A stretch of 64,000 nt of DNA from Bacteroidales bacterium (GTDB lineage: Bacteria > Bacteroidota > Bacteroidia > Bacteroidales > UBA7960). The notes under the pieces were generated by a model. The model ran no database searches and was not told where the DNA came from. It saw only the letters and a program-made list of their open reading frames with translations. Positions 17,711-25,962 of this stretch are shown here, piece by piece. Numbering within the stretch: the stretch's first letter is position 1; each line of letters opens with the position of its first letter. The stretch covers positions 31,124-95,123 of the forward strand of contig PUKZ01000003.1 of NCBI GenBank assembly GCA_003550725.1, read 5' to 3'. The translations under genes and the position numbers were made by a program.

Positions 17711-18562
17711 ATGCAATTAATAGCCGACAGTGGAAGTACAAAAACTGACTGGGCAATACTGAATAACCACATCATTGAAAAACAATTTCAAACTGCCGGC
17801 ATAAACCCTTATTTTATGACGGGCAAAGATATTTATGATGAATTACATAGTGTGTTTATCAATAATTTCGACCCTCAATCAATAAAAAAAGTTATTTTTT
17901 ATGGTGCTGGTTGTTCATCACAAAAAAAAGCAGCCAAAATCAAAAATTCTATAAAACAAATATTACCTTTTTCAAAAATTTCAGTAAACCATGATATACT
18001 TGGTGCGGCAAGAGCTCTTCTTGGAAACAAGCCCGGGATAGCATGCATTTTGGGTACAGGTTCAAACTCTTGCCTGTACGACGGAAAAAATATTATCGAA
18101 AACCTGTTTTCACTCGGGTATATGTTTGGTGATGAAGGTAGTGGGGCACACCTGGGAAAAACATTTATCAAAGAGCATCTTAAAAAACAAACACCTGACG
18201 AATTAAGTGAAGCTTTTACTAACAAATATAATTTGTCTGATGAAGAAATTCTCACAAATATTTATCAGAAACCCAATCCAAATAAATTTCTGGCATCATT
18301 CACGCATTTTTTAAAAGAAAAAATACAACATTCTTATATTAAAAATATGATAGAATATTGTTTTGATGAATTTATTAATGAACAGGTTTCAAAATATTCA
18401 AATTATAAGCTATATACTACTTGTTGTGTAGGTTCAATAGCATACCATTTTAAGGATATATTAGTCCTATCCCTTAAAAAACATAACATTACTCCCGGGA
18501 AAATAATCAACTCACCTATGGAAGATTTGATCAAATATCATAGCAAAGAGCATAATATATAG
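17711..18562 (+). CDS. BadF/BadG/BcrA/BcrD-type ATPase, N-acetylglucosamine-kinase-like
   Basis: 283 aa with the ASKHA-fold motifs LIADSGSTKTDW, ILGTGSNS and GDEGSGAHLG. Confidence 0.7.
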   Translation: MQLIADSGSTKTDWAILNNHIIEKQFQTAGINPYFMTGKDIYDELHSVFINNFDPQSIKKVIFYGAGCSSQKKAAKIKNSIKQILPFSKISVNHDILGAARALLGNKPGIACILGTGSNSCLYDGKNIIENLFSLGYMFGDEGSGAHLGKTFIKEHLKKQTPDELSEAFTNKYNLSDEEILTNIYQKPNPNKFLASFTHFLKEKIQHSYIKNMIEYCFDEFINEQVSKYSNYKLYTTCCVGSIAYHFKDILVLSLKKHNITPGKIINSPMEDLIKYHSKEHNI

Positions 18563-18660
18563 ACCATAGAACCACGCACTTTATCAACCGGGCTAACCAA
18601 AAATATTCTATAACCTTATTTTATTTTCAAAAACAAATTAGATGAACTTTATTATTTTAC

Positions 18661-19581
18661 TTACGCCATACTATCTATGGTTCTCATGATTTTTTCTTTC
18701 TCTCCCGGTTGGTCAATTGAAATCCATTCAGCATCATTATATTTTTTAAACCAGGTTAGTTGCCTTTTTGCATAGCGACGTGTATTAGTTTTTATTTTTT
18801 CTATAGCTAAAGACAAAGAATAATGATTGCAAAAGAAAGCAAAAATCTCCTTATAGCCAACCGTATTGAGAGCATTATAATCTTTGTATAAAAACAAATC
18901 CCATGCCTCTTCAATAAGGCCTTGTTCAATCATATCGTCAACACGTTTATTAATACGTTCAAAGAGCTCTTGTCGCGGCCGGTTGAGTATTATGCGAATT
19001 ATTTTGAAAGGACGCTGCATGGGTTTACTCAAGGAGTGGAACTCTGAAAGATTCTTGCCTGTTTGCATATAAATCTCAACAGCTCTCATAATCCGGTTTG
19101 GATTAAACAAATCTGCTTTCCGATAATAGGCGGGATCAGCTTTTAGAAGTATCTTTCTTAACCCTGCCAATCCTTGTTTGTCATATATATGTTTAACATT
19201 TTTTCTTGTTTCTTTATCTACATCAGGCAAGTAATCTATCCCTTTACACACAGCATCAATATACAAACCCGAGCCACCCGTTAACACAACAAAATCTTTG
19301 GAAGCAAACAAATCTTCAATCACTCTCAAAGCATCTTTCTCAAACATGTATGCATTATAATACTGGCTTATTGAAAGGTGGCCAACGAAGTGATGCTTTA
19401 CCTGGTTAAGCTCCTCACCCGAGGGTGTAGCTGTACCTATTTTAAGTTCTTTATAAAACTGCCGTGCATCTGCAGAAATTATTTCAGTATTAAGCTCCTT
19501 TGCAATCTCAATACTTAATTTGGTTTTACCGACGGCGGTAGGCCCTGTTATAACTATCAGTGTTTTATCATTATTTATCAT
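18661..19581 (-). CDS. miaA: tRNA dimethylallyltransferase
   Basis: 306 aa with the P-loop ITGPTAVGKT, then IISADARQFY and TGGSGLYIDAV. Its ATG shares one base with the TAA of the upstream gene. Confidence 0.9.
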   Translation of the reverse strand: MINNDKTLIVITGPTAVGKTKLSIEIAKELNTEIISADARQFYKELKIGTATPSGEELNQVKHHFVGHLSISQYYNAYMFEKDALRVIEDLFASKDFVVLTGGSGLYIDAVCKGIDYLPDVDKETRKNVKHIYDKQGLAGLRKILLKADPAYYRKADLFNPNRIMRAVEIYMQTGKNLSEFHSLSKPMQRPFKIIRIILNRPRQELFERINKRVDDMIEQGLIEEAWDLFLYKDYNALNTVGYKEIFAFFCNHYSLSLAIEKIKTNTRRYAKRQLTWFKKYNDAEWISIDQPGEKEKIMRTIDSMA

Positions 19582-20246
19582 TATTGATCATCATCCGGTT
19601 CAAACTGCTCATTAGAATTATCATCTGTTATATTCAAATCATCATCATTATCATATTTAATATTCAATCCTTTAGTATCATCATAAGAATCCCCTTCACT
19701 ACCGCCTTCCTGATCCTTATCAGGATTATCTTCACTATTTATTGAATCAACCTTTTTTGGTAAAAATTCCTGTGGTATACCCCCGCTTTGTTTAATAATT
19801 TCAGGATAACTAACCTGCGGCTCTGCAGGAATGATTTTTAACAATTCAATATAAAAAGTCCAGTTATTCTGAAAGTCATAAACATATACAAGCCTTTGAT
19901 GCGGATCATCAATAAGATCGCTAAGCCTGTGATCTCTCATAATTAAAGCTTGCCTGTTGTTTTCTTCATTTTGATCATCCGCAACACTGTCTTCTGAAAT
20001 TTCATCATCAACGATTTCTTCAGATTCCTGATTATTGGTGCTTTCAGGCCGATCCATAATAATTTGCTTTTGCTTCCTGAATTTATAATTGCTTAAAAAA
20101 AAGGCTGCTGACTTTGTTTTGTCAAGCTTTAAATTTTCAACAATAAAATTGTGGAAATCTTCAAAGTTTTGATTTGAACTAAAAACAACCTCTCTTAAAA
20201 AAGAGTCATTATTTTCGAATCTTATTCTGAATCTAAAAGCAAACAT
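19581..20246 (-). CDS. Hypothetical protein; the N-terminal domain is possibly pRiA4b-ORF3-like, with long acidic low-complexity regions
   Basis: 221 aa. The sequence FRFRIRFENNDSFLREVVF...NFEDFHNFI...LVYVYDFQNNWTFYIELLKI resembles the PRiA4_ORF3 fold pattern from memory only. The C-terminal ~60 aa are D/E/N-rich. Confidence 0.45.
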   Translation of the reverse strand: MFAFRFRIRFENNDSFLREVVFSSNQNFEDFHNFIVENLKLDKTKSAAFFLSNYKFRKQKQIIMDRPESTNNQESEEIVDDEISEDSVADDQNEENNRQALIMRDHRLSDLIDDPHQRLVYVYDFQNNWTFYIELLKIIPAEPQVSYPEIIKQSGGIPQEFLPKKVDSINSEDNPDKDQEGGSEGDSYDDTKGLNIKYDNDDDLNITDDNSNEQFEPDDDQ

Positions 20247-20439
20247 TAAAACATTAAAATTAAAAAAGTCACAAAATTTTTTACTAAATTAATTGTTTTG
20301 TATTTTTTTTAATCATTTTTTGTTTATTATTGACATAAAGATATTATTATTACAATATAAAATTTATTTTGTTATTAGAAAATAATACCCAATAAATATA
20401 GAAGTTGTTATATAATTAAATAATCATTTACTCATATTT

Positions 20440-21879
20440 TTATCTATCAGTATTATCAGGTTCTTCAAAGGGTTCCAGGCCCAGCTTTTTGCCTTCTTTA
20501 AACATAAATTTTAACGCTTCTTTTCGATTATTTGGAATAATACCATCTAATATTGCTTCCCTGATAGCATTTTTAATAATGCCCACTTCTTTGCATGGCA
20601 AGATATTAAAGCTGCGCATTATGTCATTTCCGGTAACAGGTGGTTGCCAATTCCTTATCCGGTCTTTTTCTTCAATTTCTTTTAATTTTTCTTTAACTTT
20701 TTCAAAGTTTTCAAGATACTTTTTTACCTTTTCGGGATTTTCGGAAGTTATATCAGCTTTACAAAGCATCATCAAATCATCTATATCATCGCCCGCATCA
20801 AAAAGCAGTCTTCTTATTGCAGAGTCGGTAACCTGATTTGTAACTAATGCTATTGGCCTAAGATGCAAAAGCACAAGCTTCTGGACATATTTCATTTTTT
20901 CGTTTTGCGGAAGTTTCAGCCTTTTAAAAATTTGTTTTACCATTTTTGAACCCAGGTATTCATGCCCATGAAAAGTCCAGCCAGTATTATTATCCCATTT
21001 TTTGGTAACCGGCTTAGCAATATCATGTAATAACACAGCCCAGCGTAACCAAAGGTTGTCAGTCTTCTCCGCAATATTATCAAGAACTTTGAGTGTATGA
21101 TAAAAATTATCTTTATGTGCTTTCCCGTCCTTTACCTCAACACCATAAAGATCATCCAGCTCTTTAAAAAAATACTTTAAAAGCCCTGATTCACGCAGTA
21201 ATTCAAGGCCTTTTGACGGTTTGCAGGATGCAATAATTTTGTTAAACTCATCAGTTATTCTTTCAATAGATACAATATTTATTCGATGAGCCATCTCGCT
21301 AATTGCTTTAAACGAATCGGGATGTATTTCAAAATTCAACTGAGCAGCAAAACGCACAGCTCTCATCATTCTTAACGGATCATCCGAAAAGGTGCTTAAT
21401 GGATCAAGTGGTGTGCGAATTATTTTGGATTTCAAATCTTTCATTCCATTAAATGGATCAAGAAAAACCCCTTTAATATTGCCATTAAGACCAACAGCCA
21501 AAGCATTTATTGTAAAATCTCTTCTTTTCTGGTCATCAATAAGTGTACCGTCTTCTACAATGGGCTTTCGTGAGTTCGACCGATAGGATTCCTTACGGGC
21601 CCCAACGAATTCAATGTCCCATCCTTCCCAATGTAAAAAAGCTGTTTGAAAATTTTTGTAAACAGTAAGATTACCGGAACAATCAACCATTCGAGCAAAA
21701 TTCTTTGCTAATTCAATGCCCCTGCCAATTACAAGAATATCAATATCTTTAGAATGACGACCCAGCAGATAATCACGAACATACCCACCAATGATATATG
21801 ACTCAACATTTATCTCATCGGCGGCCTCTCCAACCAATTTAAAAACAGAATTATTTAATAGCTTTTCCAAAAAAATCAA
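20440..21879 (-). CDS. cca: CCA-adding tRNA nucleotidyltransferase / poly(A) polymerase family protein with an HD domain
   Basis: 479 aa with GGYVRDYLLGRHSKDIDILV (nucleotidyltransferase GG..D.D), RRDFTINALA and HD-domain residues (HTLKVL...LLHDIAKP). Confidence 0.8.
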   Translation of the reverse strand: MIFLEKLLNNSVFKLVGEAADEINVESYIIGGYVRDYLLGRHSKDIDILVIGRGIELAKNFARMVDCSGNLTVYKNFQTAFLHWEGWDIEFVGARKESYRSNSRKPIVEDGTLIDDQKRRDFTINALAVGLNGNIKGVFLDPFNGMKDLKSKIIRTPLDPLSTFSDDPLRMMRAVRFAAQLNFEIHPDSFKAISEMAHRINIVSIERITDEFNKIIASCKPSKGLELLRESGLLKYFFKELDDLYGVEVKDGKAHKDNFYHTLKVLDNIAEKTDNLWLRWAVLLHDIAKPVTKKWDNNTGWTFHGHEYLGSKMVKQIFKRLKLPQNEKMKYVQKLVLLHLRPIALVTNQVTDSAIRRLLFDAGDDIDDLMMLCKADITSENPEKVKKYLENFEKVKEKLKEIEEKDRIRNWQPPVTGNDIMRSFNILPCKEVGIIKNAIREAILDGIIPNNRKEALKFMFKEGKKLGLEPFEEPDNTDR

Positions 21880-21955
21880 GATTTGCTTAAATGTAATTTA
21901 AGTTTTTTTCAACTTTTCAGCTAACAAGGCTTTATAAAAATCATAGCAAAAATAA

Positions 21956-22519
21956 TTAATTCCTGACAATTTCAATTTCACCGTTATCTTGTATTCTTAT
22001 AATCGTAGAAGGTCTTGGCCTGCTAATAACAAACCTGTCGCTTTTAACAATATAATCAACAGAATTTTTAATTTCATCAGATACCCTGCTATAAGATAAT
22101 GGTGTTGAATCACCTGAAATATTTGCTGATGTTGAAGTTATTGGTTTTCCGAAACTTTTGAGCAACTCAATGCAAAATTGATTTTTGGGAATCCTGACAG
22201 CAATAGTACCATCAGGTGCAATAACATCTTTAGCAAGATTTCGTCCCTTATTATATATAATGGTTAAAGGCTCTTTTATATTGTTTATTAAGTCAATAGC
22301 AACCTCCGGAACATATTTGACATATTTTTTAAGTTGTTCTGTATCTAAAACAAGTATAATTAAAGATTTATAAGGTATCCTTACCTTTATTTTATAAATT
22401 TTGCTTACGGCAATATTATCCGTAGCATCACATCCTATCCCCCATACCGTATCTGTAGGGTAAAGAATGGTGCCTCCAGAATTCAAAACCTCAACCGCTT
22501 TTTTTACTTCCTGATCCAT
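21956..22519 (-). CDS. tsaC: L-threonylcarbamoyladenylate synthase (YrdC/TsaC/Sua5 family)
   Basis: 187 aa with GGTILYPTDTVWGIGCDA and ITSTSANISG. Confidence 0.85.
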   Translation of the reverse strand: MDQEVKKAVEVLNSGGTILYPTDTVWGIGCDATDNIAVSKIYKIKVRIPYKSLIILVLDTEQLKKYVKYVPEVAIDLINNIKEPLTIIYNKGRNLAKDVIAPDGTIAVRIPKNQFCIELLKSFGKPITSTSANISGDSTPLSYSRVSDEIKNSVDYIVKSDRFVISRPRPSTIIRIQDNGEIEIVRN

Positions 22520-22868
22520 ATTAAAATAGTATAATAAAAGTAAATATTCACTAAAACATCACTAATTAACCATTAAGAAAAACAATTGATTCATCTATTT
22601 TATAAAACGCAAATTTATAAACAAATAACACAAGAACTGTTCCATTCAAAAAAGATTTTTTAATGATAAATCATAATTAAACAAAAAACTTAAACAAAAT
22701 TGCAAGACTGTTTGCGGTAAGTTAGCGATTTCCAGAACAATAGTAACAATAATTTTAACCGGACATTAGTAATCTATAAGCTTTATTGAATAGATTAATT
22801 GACACTTTTTTATATCAAAGCCCTTATTCTTTTTTATAATTTAAAAGAAATTTTCAATATTAGAGATG

Positions 22869-22876
22869 TATCTTTG
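22869..22876 (+). promoter_or_regulatory. Candidate -7 promoter box for holB
   Basis: TATCTTTG lies 61 nt upstream of the ATG at 22938. Confidence 0.4.
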
Positions 22877-22937
22877 CAAAGTAATATAAACTCAAAAGTT
22901 AATTTAATCCGTTTTATTTATATAAGATCAATTATTT

Positions 22938-24074
22938 ATGTATTTTAAAGACATCATTGGTCAAGAAGAAATAAAAAAACAACTAATTAAGAATGTAGGC
23001 AGCAACCGTATAAGTCATGCATATTTATTTGCTGAATCGGAAGGGAGAGGTGCATTGGGAATGGCCTTTGCTTATGCACAATTCATTAACTGCCTTGATC
23101 AAACAAGGTTAAAAGACAGTTGCGGAAGATGCTCTTCATGTCTTAAGTTCCAAAAAATTGCCCACCCCGATTTACACATATTTTTTCCAACTGCTACCTC
23201 GTCAAAAGAGAAAAAAAACATAAGCAGTAAAACATATATCAATCAATTCAGGGAAATAATACTTGAATCACATTACTTATCGCTCTCACAATGGTATGAT
23301 AAAATAGGTGTTGAAAAAAAACATGCCATTATTAATGCAGATGATTGTAACGAAATAATAAATAAGGCTAGCATTAAACCTTATGAAAACAAGTTTAAAA
23401 TATTTATAGTTTGGATGGTCGAAAAACTTTACCCAAAAGCGGCGCCAAAGATTCTGAAAATTGTTGAAGAACCGCCTGAAAACACTATTTTTATTTTCAT
23501 TACACATAACCCTGATAAATTACCTGAAACCATATTATCACGTTTGCAATTAATAAGGTTTCCTCCTCTTTCCAATTTGGAAATAAAAAACGCGCTTATT
23601 AATAAATATAATTGTAACGAAGAAACAGCGTCAAATATAAGCTTTATGGCTTCAGGCAATTTTACTGAAGCTTTGCATAAATATTATTTAACCCAGCCGG
23701 ATGATATATTCTATTTTTTCAGAGATTGGTTAAGATCATGCTATTCGCTGTCAACCAAAGAAATATTTTCGCATGTGGAAAAAATTTCTTTGCTGGGGCG
23801 CGAAAAGCAGAAAGCTTTTCTAAATTACGGATTAAAAATAATTAATGAATGTTTGCTGATAAATTACAATGCCAATAAACCGCAAAAGCTATTTGAAGAA
23901 GAGGCTGATTTTTTGTTAAAATTTTCAAAATTCACCAATCATAAAAATATTATATCGGTTACCAACCGTTTTAATGAATCTATAATCCATATTGAAAGGA
24001 ATGCAAACAGTAAAATTGTATTTGCCGACCTTTCTTTTAAATTGCATAAATTATTAAAATACGGTTCAAAATAA
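22938..24074 (+). CDS. holB: DNA polymerase III subunit delta-prime
   Basis: 378 aa with ISHAYLFAESEGRGALGMAFAYAQFINC, the Zn-module-like CGRCSSCLKFQKIAHPD, and KILKIVEEPPENTIFIF. Confidence 0.8.
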   Translation: MYFKDIIGQEEIKKQLIKNVGSNRISHAYLFAESEGRGALGMAFAYAQFINCLDQTRLKDSCGRCSSCLKFQKIAHPDLHIFFPTATSSKEKKNISSKTYINQFREIILESHYLSLSQWYDKIGVEKKHAIINADDCNEIINKASIKPYENKFKIFIVWMVEKLYPKAAPKILKIVEEPPENTIFIFITHNPDKLPETILSRLQLIRFPPLSNLEIKNALINKYNCNEETASNISFMASGNFTEALHKYYLTQPDDIFYFFRDWLRSCYSLSTKEIFSHVEKISLLGREKQKAFLNYGLKIINECLLINYNANKPQKLFEEEADFLLKFSKFTNHKNIISVTNRFNESIIHIERNANSKIVFADLSFKLHKLLKYGSK

Positions 24075-24102
24075 TTAATTTTGTAAAAAAACAAGAGTAG
24101 TT

Positions 24103-25248
24103 TTGGATAATAACAGTTTTAAATCAAGAGGGTGTAGATGTTCACCTGATCCTTATAACAAACAATGGAAAGTCCATTCTCAGTCTTGTGCTAAGCTAAA
24201 TGCACAAAACTGGTTAAAAAATATACATCAGCCCGAGAGCATAGAGGAAAAAACAGATTATGTGGAAGTCAGGTTCAAAAACAGCAGCAAGGATTTTTTC
24301 GAGGCATCGTCGGATCTGAACCTGGTAGAAGGTGATATTGTAGCTATTGAGGCTTCACCCGGCCATGAAATCGGTATTGTGACTTTAAGTGGTGAAATAG
24401 TAAAGCTTCAAATGAAAAGCAAAAATATTGACCCTCATAATCACGAATTAAAAAGGGTTTATCGCAGAGCCAAAGTATCTGATATTGAAAAATGGATGGA
24501 AGCCGTTAAACTCGAAGACAATACCATGTATGAATCAAGGGGAATAGCATCATCTTTGGGTTTGTCTATGAAAATAAGTGATGTGGAATACCAGGGCGAT
24601 ATGACTAAAGCAACATTTTATTATACTGCCGACGAAAGGGTTGATTTTCGCGAACTAATAAAAGTTTTAGCAGATACCTTTAATGTAAAGATTGAAATGC
24701 GACAGATAGGCATGCGACAAGAGGCTGCCCGTCTTGGAGGTATAGGATCGTGCGGGCGTGAGCTTTGCTGTTCGAGTTGGTTGACAAACTTCCGTTCAGT
24801 TTCAACAAGTGCAGCCAGAGATCAACAACTCTCGTTAAACCCGCAAAAATTAGCAGGCCAGTGTAGTAAGCTTAAATGCTGCATTAACTTTGAAAAAGAC
24901 TGTTATGCTGATTATGCCAAATATTTACCTGACTCTGATATAAACCTGGAAACAAAAAAAGGTGTTGCAGTTTACAAAAAACCCGACACTCTTAATAAGC
25001 AAGTTTATTATGCCTACGAAGAATCAGCCGAACAGATGATAAAAATTTCATCCAAAAGAGCATGGGAAATTATTTCAATGAACCAAAAAGGAATAATACC
25101 TGATGACCTTGAAGAAACAATAACATCAGAAGAACTTGATTCAACTCCTGACATGATCAATCCAGAGGAGGATAATTTAGAAAGATTTGACAAACCAAAA
25201 AAACAAAAAAGAAGACGCAGTAAAAAGAAAAAAAAACAAAGCAAATAA
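24103..25248 (+). CDS. PSP1 domain protein (RicT/YaaT-like)
   Basis: 381 aa with a TTG start per the ORF track. It has an N-terminal Cys-rich segment, a PSP1 core (YYTADERVDFRELIKVLADTFNVKIEMRQIGMRQEA...GSCGRELCCSSWL) and a Lys-rich tail. Confidence 0.8.
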   Translation: MDNNSFKSRGCRCSPDPYNKQWKVHSQSCAKLNAQNWLKNIHQPESIEEKTDYVEVRFKNSSKDFFEASSDLNLVEGDIVAIEASPGHEIGIVTLSGEIVKLQMKSKNIDPHNHELKRVYRRAKVSDIEKWMEAVKLEDNTMYESRGIASSLGLSMKISDVEYQGDMTKATFYYTADERVDFRELIKVLADTFNVKIEMRQIGMRQEAARLGGIGSCGRELCCSSWLTNFRSVSTSAARDQQLSLNPQKLAGQCSKLKCCINFEKDCYADYAKYLPDSDINLETKKGVAVYKKPDTLNKQVYYAYEESAEQMIKISSKRAWEIISMNQKGIIPDDLEETITSEELDSTPDMINPEEDNLERFDKPKKQKRRRSKKKKKQSK

Positions 25249-25423
25249 GGTCTTAATATGAATAAATTAATGTAATAATTCTATATTAAAAGATAATATA
25301 CAAATAACTTGTGAAATATTAAGATACAAAATTACGGGCTATTAATAACTAATGATTAAAAGGCAGGATAACAAAAAAAATTTATTTGAATTTTGCAATA
25401 CAATCAAATAATAAATTTACCTT

Positions 25424-25897
25424 ATGACCAAATACCTTTTCCATCGAGCTGTTTTATTTTTGTCTTTATTAGCTTTTTTTGTCTCTTGCGACAGAAATAT
25501 GGTTTTTGAAAAAAATAAAAAAATACCATAAATGAAATGGCATTATAAAGACAAAATTACATTTGAAGCAGAAATAAATGACACATCCAATTTACATAAT
25601 ATTCACATCAATATACGTAACAGTGTTGATTATAAATATATGAATTTTTATATGTTTCTCGATACGAAGTTACCTGATGGAACTGTTGTGCGCGACACAT
25701 TAGAGTGCCTTTTAGCTGACAGCCATGGCAAATGGTTGGGAGATGGATACGGAAAAATCCGAACCAATCAGTTTTTGATGAGAGAAAATGTATGGTTTCC
25801 CGAAAAAGGCAATTATACTTTCAGCTTCAAGCAAGCTATGCGTGAAGAAGAACTTGAGGGAATATCCGATATAGGAATACGCATTGAAAGAAATTAA
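25424..25897 (+). pseudogene. gldH: Gliding motility lipoprotein GldH, interrupted by an in-frame TAA (25529-25531) between the signal peptide and the mature domain
   Basis: ATG 25424 opens MTKYLFHRAVLFLSLLAFFVSCDRNMVFEKNKKIP, followed by TAA. ATG 25532 follows in the same frame and opens the 121-aa track ORF MKWHYKDKITFEAEI...LEGISDIGIRIERN, which reads as GldH. The conserved neighbourhood holB-PSP1-gldH-PBP1A supports the call. Confidence 0.7.
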
Positions 25898-25962
25898 AAA
25901 TATTATAAAGAATATATCGTTAAAAAAAATACAAAATAACATTAAATATCGGCAAATAAAAT

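Noticed and set aside
19560-19745. A 61-aa Ile-rich ORF on the plus strand.
   Set aside because: It is the mirror image of the GAT/GAA-rich acidic tail of the minus-strand gene 19581-20246 and is a low-complexity artefact.
25195-25248. Long A-rich homopolymer tracts at the 3' ends of the PSP1 gene, rpsB (about 30100-30349) and topA (about 53840-53893), considered as possible slippery or frameshift sites.
   Set aside because: They simply encode Lys-rich C-terminal tails in the same frame as the rest of each gene. There is no second frame to shift into.
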